From positions 1 through 39,706 of IMG/VR virus record IMGVR_UViG_3300035200_000103: 39,706 bases of DNA; one strand, given 5' to 3'. Made by a program: the position numbers and the translations under genes. This stretch comes from a virus. Its lineage: Duplodnaviria > Caudoviricetes. A model generated the notes under the pieces. The model did no database searches, was not told the DNA's origin, and was given only the letters and a program-made list of their open reading frames with translations. This document shows positions 35,638 through 39,706 of this stretch, one piece after another (within the stretch, counting starts at the first letter, position 1; each line of letters begins with the position of its first letter).

Positions 35638-36105
35638 TTACCTCGACTTAGACATCTTCTCTTTTAGTAGAGCATCTTTAATCTGTCTTCCCATCGGAGA
35701 CTTGGAGAACTTATGCAAGGTTTTTCCAGCTGAATAGACACCTTTTCCAGCTGTAAAAGCCTGTTTTGCAAACCTTTTACCTTTTTGCAGTTTGGAGTTG
35801 TAGTATACCAACTCCTGTTCCTTTGTAATCAACCGTCGATAGTTCTGCTCAAGCTGCATTCGATCGGTCAAAACTCTCAACTCATCATTCGAAAGAACGT
35901 GTGTAGAAAAAGTTTTTCCACCCGCCCCGGGTCTTTTATTATTTGCAGTCGAAAGCTTCTTCTTAAGCGATTCAGTCTGTGCGTAATCTTCAGAATCCCT
36001 CTGAGTCTGAGAACGACGAACACCCCACCGCATACCTTTTACGCCATAATGTTCAATGAAATCACCTAGAACCTCGCCAACGTCGATCTCATTTTGAAAA
36101 CTCAT
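35638..36105 (-). CDS. HYG-motif basic protein
   Basis: ATGA-coupled start 36105; FIEHYGVKGMRWGVRR; LSNDELR...RMQLEQNY. Confidence 0.8.
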   Translation of the reverse strand: MSFQNEIDVGEVLGDFIEHYGVKGMRWGVRRSQTQRDSEDYAQTESLKKKLSTANNKRPGAGGKTFSTHVLSNDELRVLTDRMQLEQNYRRLITKEQELVYYNSKLQKGKRFAKQAFTAGKGVYSAGKTLHKFSKSPMGRQIKDALLKEKMSKSR

Positions 36106-36506
36106 TCCGAAACCTCCCATCCAGCCACGCCGGGCTCAAGTACGTTAGAATCTAGTAAACTAAACCAAACAGTTCCTTGGTGTACGACGTGAATCCACTT
36201 TGGATAAGCATCTTGGTTGTTCTTTGGCGCCACCCAAGGTTTCGGATTGAATCGACTCTTAACTTTGACAACACAAGCCAAAATCAGTTCATTCGGAATT
36301 AGATCCTCATTAGCACCATGGTCGGCACCGGGGTTTTCCTTTTCAGCAAAAGCCCATGCTCGAAGAAGATCGATCGTTGGAAGAATCCACAAGTTTTTCT
36401 CAACCCAGGTCCGTGGATCTAAAATGCCTTCTTGCGCGGCGCAAGAGGTAAGTCGATCTTTGATCATTTCAGACTTTACAACAAAAGAATGCGCCAAATA
36501 CGACAT
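36102..36506 (-). CDS. tail-fibre-associated protein with C-terminal carbohydrate-binding-like (CBM5/12-like) domain
   Basis: AYP...V.H.G.VW.S....N..EPG..GW; N-terminus resembles 36524-36865. Confidence 0.6.
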   Translation of the reverse strand: MSYLAHSFVVKSEMIKDRLTSCAAQEGILDPRTWVEKNLWILPTIDLLRAWAFAEKENPGADHGANEDLIPNELILACVVKVKSRFNPKPWVAPKNNQDAYPKWIHVVHQGTVWFSLLDSNVLEPGVAGWEVSE

Positions 36507-36523
36507 AGATCCACACCTCCGTC

Positions 36524-36865
36524 CTATTTGAGAACTTCTTTAGACTCGCTTGCGTCGTAAGGCTCGTCGATCTTAAAAGTCACTAGTCCCCGCCAACGGC
36601 GAATTTCAACCTGAACGGCAGCCTCTAGACTATCGTCGGTGATTACTGATGTGTCTCGTCCTGGGTTTTCAACATTATTCTCCATGGCGTACCAATACGC
36701 TTCGGCAAACCCTGGGCTTCCAGAAATCTTCAAAACATGTTCTTTAGCCCAAAGACTTGGATCAACGGTCGGCCCAAGCATGACCGAAACGCGAGCTGCT
36801 GCAGCAGCAACTCGAGATTCAAAATCTAAATCTCGACTAAGAATAACTTGGCTGTATAAAGTCAT
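36524..36865 (-). CDS. small tail-fibre-associated protein
   Basis: RVAAAAA..DP..W..SPGFAEAY..PG.D..VITD; start uncertain (36865 or 36877). Confidence 0.6.
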   Translation of the reverse strand: MTLYSQVILSRDLDFESRVAAAAARVSVMLGPTVDPSLWAKEHVLKISGSPGFAEAYWYAMENNVENPGRDTSVITDDSLEAAVQVEIRRWRGLVTFKIDEPYDASESKEVLK

Positions 36866-36877
36866 GAAAGACCCCAA

Positions 36878-37342
36878 TCACCCAGCCCAGTAAGTAGTAT
36901 TTACCATCCATGCGCCAAAGCCGCCGGTTGGCCCAATTACTGCAAGATTGCCATCAGTTCTAAGTTCCAGCCAACCCATGTATGGCTTCTGCTCTGTATC
37001 TCCAGGAAGTGTCGCAGTACACAAGCCGAGAAATGGAATAGTATATGCTGGACGATAATCGAATGGCAAAGTACACACAACTTGCTGCGGGCCAACCGCT
37101 GTTTGTCCGTTGACTCTTCCTAAAATATGAACGGTGCCGTCGATAAGCTTTTTGTAGCGAAGTCTCCCAAATGATGCCACATTTGTATCCGTCCACCCGT
37201 TTGCAAATGCTGCAAATTTCCAGCTAGAGTCTGATGGGTGAAGCAACCGATCTACATCATCAGCCAACTGCTTGACATCTCTTGGGATGTCGGGAGTATC
37301 ATCCAAAATCGGATATGATAGTCCTAAACGTGTTTTTGGCAT
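36878..37342 (-). CDS. minor tail / receptor-binding-like protein
   Basis: LGLSYP; F.NGW..RY....GTV...G..TLP..YRP beta-sandwich pattern; AAGGAG RBS. Confidence 0.65.
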   Translation of the reverse strand: MPKTRLGLSYPILDDTPDIPRDVKQLADDVDRLLHPSDSSWKFAAFANGWTDTNVASFGRLRYKKLIDGTVHILGRVNGQTAVGPQQVVCTLPFDYRPAYTIPFLGLCTATLPGDTEQKPYMGWLELRTDGNLAVIGPTGGFGAWMVNTTYWAG

Positions 37343-37351
37343 AAAAACTCC

Positions 37352-38599
37352 TTATGTCCAAGTTACAGGTGGAGTAATCTGCGTGCCAGGCAGAACGGCG
37401 GGCCAGTTATCCGTAGTATTCCAAGAATGATGAATTGTTACATCATGCATGGAAGTGGTGTAACGCCAAATATCAGATTGTCCGGTATCCAACACGCCAA
37501 AACTTAGACTGTCTGCGCTCGCCCCATTTGCAACCGGCCAAATCACTGAAGAAACTGGACGAAAACCAACGGGCATAGTCAAAAATGTCGAGCTAGTCGC
37601 TCCTAAAGCTGTAAGCTTGCCAATTAATGTAACAACATTACCTTGCCTGGACAACCGCAAATGATCATTGACGCTCCAGCCGTTAACCAACATAGAAGAC
37701 ACATCCCTGGCGCCGGTATCACTACCAAGATTCCCAGGTAAACCAAAATCTCCGATCTCTGAGTTTGAATTACGAGTCAAGGACAACACTTGTCCACTGT
37801 TCTTAGGGGTAGGAGCATACACATTCCCCTTTAAAGTAAGATCAGTGTCTGAAACAGTAATTCCAACCCAGATAGGAGTTCCTGTTTTATCCAAACGAAG
37901 TAAACTTGATTCGTTTCCTTCTAGATTTATGTATACACACAAGCCATCTCTTTTATAACCTTTAAAGACTGCCTGGGGAAAGTAAGAGGAAATAATTTCA
38001 AGCGACCCCGTCATGGTTCCGCCATCAGCAGTGACATAACGATGGTCAATATCAATAGGGCCCCATTGCCCAATAGCAGTGGTACCAAGCACTCGATTAA
38101 TTGGCACATCGTCTGGAATGACAACGTTGCTTAGATCCCCAAGAGTAAAAGAAAGACTTTCCAATGGATCTTTTGCCAAAATATCGCGATACGTTTCAAC
38201 TGGAGCCCAACCGCCACGCTCTCCCGGAGGGCCCTCGGGCCCTAAAGGACCAGGTGGTCCCGGTTCACCTTTCGGCCCTTGAATGGGACCGACGTCAACC
38301 CAACGTGAACCATCCCACATCCATCCATGCAGCGTGTCTTGGAGAATATAGACATCGGTTGGGTTTGCACTAGCAGGAAGAGCCGCTTGGTTTGGTAGGA
38401 AACCTTTAATCGAAACGCCAGGTCCAATTGGGCCCGGAGGGCCTTCAGCTGCATATCCAAGAGTATTCCAAGGCGTTGTTCCGTCGCCAACTTTGTACCG
38501 TCGACTATCGGTCTCGTATCCTACTTCGCCCGCCATTAGGATCGGGTTTTCATCAGCCCACTCTGTGACTGTTCCTCGACGAATGCGAATGACATACAT
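37352..38599 (-). CDS. tail fibre with Mtd_N-like domain, collagen-like G-X-Y repeats and RBP-like head
   Basis: IRRGT..EW...NPIL..GE.GYETD..YKVGDG; GPKGEPGPPGPLGPEGPPGE; NGW..R.GNVV..P.GFRP. Confidence 0.78.
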   Translation of the reverse strand: MYVIRIRRGTVTEWADENPILMAGEVGYETDSRRYKVGDGTTPWNTLGYAAEGPPGPIGPGVSIKGFLPNQAALPASANPTDVYILQDTLHGWMWDGSRWVDVGPIQGPKGEPGPPGPLGPEGPPGERGGWAPVETYRDILAKDPLESLSFTLGDLSNVVIPDDVPINRVLGTTAIGQWGPIDIDHRYVTADGGTMTGSLEIISSYFPQAVFKGYKRDGLCVYINLEGNESSLLRLDKTGTPIWVGITVSDTDLTLKGNVYAPTPKNSGQVLSLTRNSNSEIGDFGLPGNLGSDTGARDVSSMLVNGWSVNDHLRLSRQGNVVTLIGKLTALGATSSTFLTMPVGFRPVSSVIWPVANGASADSLSFGVLDTGQSDIWRYTTSMHDVTIHHSWNTTDNWPAVLPGTQITPPVTWT

Positions 38600-38616
38600 A
38601 AAATACCCCCAAACGT

Positions 38617-39030
38617 CTAAGGAAGAAGATCGCGATAGGTTCTTGGAGAAAATGCTGGCCCAGCAGGACCTTGCGGGCCCATCGGTCCTTGAACTGCACC
38701 AAGATCAACCCAAGTTAAGCCGTTCCACATCCAACCATGTAATGTGTCCTGAACAATATAAACATCATTGAGCTCTGCGTTTTCAGGAAGAGCCGCTTGA
38801 TTTGTTACAAAACCTTTAATGCTTACACCAACGCCAGGCGGGCCCTGTGTTCCGGTGTATGGAAGATCATTCCAAGGCGTAACGCCATTACCAACCTTGT
38901 ACAGATTGGTGTCTGTAACATATGCCGGCTCGCCATCGCCAAGGATTGGATTTGCAAGCACCCACTGCTGTGTGGTTCCCCTTCGGATGCGAATAACATA
39001 AGATTGGTCATAAGACGGGTCATGCGTCAT
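38617..39030 (-). CDS. short Mtd_N/collagen-like protein, paralog of the N-terminus of 37352-38599
   Basis: YVIRIRRGT..NPIL..YKVG.G; GVSIKGF..NQAALP; QDTLHGWMW; GGAGG RBS. Confidence 0.75.
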   Translation of the reverse strand: MTHDPSYDQSYVIRIRRGTTQQWVLANPILGDGEPAYVTDTNLYKVGNGVTPWNDLPYTGTQGPPGVGVSIKGFVTNQAALPENAELNDVYIVQDTLHGWMWNGLTWVDLGAVQGPMGPQGPAGPAFSPRTYRDLLP

Positions 39031-39071
39031 GCTTTAGAATCCTCCCTGTCAATTCACCGTGTCCGCCTCAA

Positions 39072-39401
39072 TCACGCGCCCTCCCCGAAGATGCGGCGGT
39101 ACAGGTCGGAGCCCGCGACCACGCGGATGGAGGGACCGCAGTCGTCGCCGCCCGGTTCCGGTGCTATCTGCCCCGGCACCTCCTCCCACGGTCGCAGCGC
39201 CTCGGGCGTGAGTACCTCTTGCAGGTAGGCGAGGACAGCATCTGCGAGCCACACGCACTGCTCCCAGTCTGGGTGGTAGGGGGTGAGGTACATGGCCGTG
39301 GCGATAGCGTCCCTGTCGATCAGCGGGCCAGTGGCATCGCCGTGCAGCGCACCGACCAACTGCCAGGGCGCGAACTCTGACCCGTAGTCCTCACCTGCCA
39401 T
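39072..39401 (-). CDS. hypothetical protein (high-GC segment)
   Basis: ATG 39401 overlapping upstream stop; GC-rich codon usage. Confidence 0.6.
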   Translation of the reverse strand: MAGEDYGSEFAPWQLVGALHGDATGPLIDRDAIATAMYLTPYHPDWEQCVWLADAVLAYLQEVLTPEALRPWEEVPGQIAPEPGGDDCGPSIRVVAGSDLYRRIFGEGA

Positions 39402-39705
39402 CGTCCTGCTGCGGCTCCAACGCAGCCACACGCTCCTCCAGCGCCTTGAGCCGCCGGATGGCATCCCAGGCGTCGTAACGGGCCTGCGCCAGGGTCTCTG
39501 CTGCTGTCTTCGTCTTATTCTCCCCGGTCCAGTCGCTCATGCCGTACTGCCACACATCTGCTGCACTCACGTCGTCCTCCTCTGTATCGTTCGTGACGAT
39601 GGTGCCACCCTGGTACACCACACCAGGGATCAAGCCGCCCTCCTTGTACCAGTTGCGGCGGTTGAATGCGACGGGCCGGATCGGGTCGCCGTTCGCGCAG
39701 CACGC
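39391..39705 (-). CDS. partial gene, possibly endolysin C-terminus
   Basis: Frame open to window edge: ..RRNWYKEGGLIPGVVY, EEDDV linker, ADVW.Y, coiled coil LEERVAALE. Confidence 0.45.
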   Translation of the reverse strand, partial: ACCANGDPIRPVAFNRRNWYKEGGLIPGVVYQGGTIVTNDTEEDDVSAADVWQYGMSDWTGENKTKTAAETLAQARYDAWDAIRRLKALEERVAALEPQQDDGR

Positions 39706-39706
39706 C

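Noticed and set aside
37352-39030. Diversity-generating retroelement (Mtd_N domain plus repeat)
   Set aside because: No reverse transcriptase in the window; the duplicated part is N-terminal, both copies are coding, and differences are not adenine-specific

Overview
About 40 kb of a tailed dsDNA phage (siphovirus-type). All credible genes lie on the minus strand. Gene content and order resemble, from recall rather than a search, the ReqiPepy6 / Arthrobacter AU-AM-AW / Streptomyces BI group of actinobacteriophages. In transcription order (right to left): a high-GC lysin-like fragment; tail-fibre/RBP genes placed upstream of terL; HYG-motif proteins; portal; protease-capsid fusion; tail module; an array of promoter-small ORF/RNA-hairpin cassettes with tRNA-Lys; conserved hypotheticals; a fused helicase-primase-exonuclease-PolB; SSB; SF2 helicase; candidate origin; HNH; VRR-NUC; PD-(D/E)XK nuclease; a ~900-aa protein; and a candidate cos end. 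The most notable system is transcriptional. The ~900-aa protein carries an ordered motif set of a single-subunit two-barrel (QDE-1/YonO-like, DFDGD) RNA polymerase with built-in HTH domains. Eleven copies of a fixed-spacing promoter-like motif (TCG-N8-ACA-N5-TRTRATGA) head modular cassettes closed by a conserved hairpin. The polymerase's apparent true N-terminus, frameshifted in this sequence, carries an HYG motif like those of three virion-region proteins, hinting at capsid packaging. No database searches were run; family assignments come from motif recognition.
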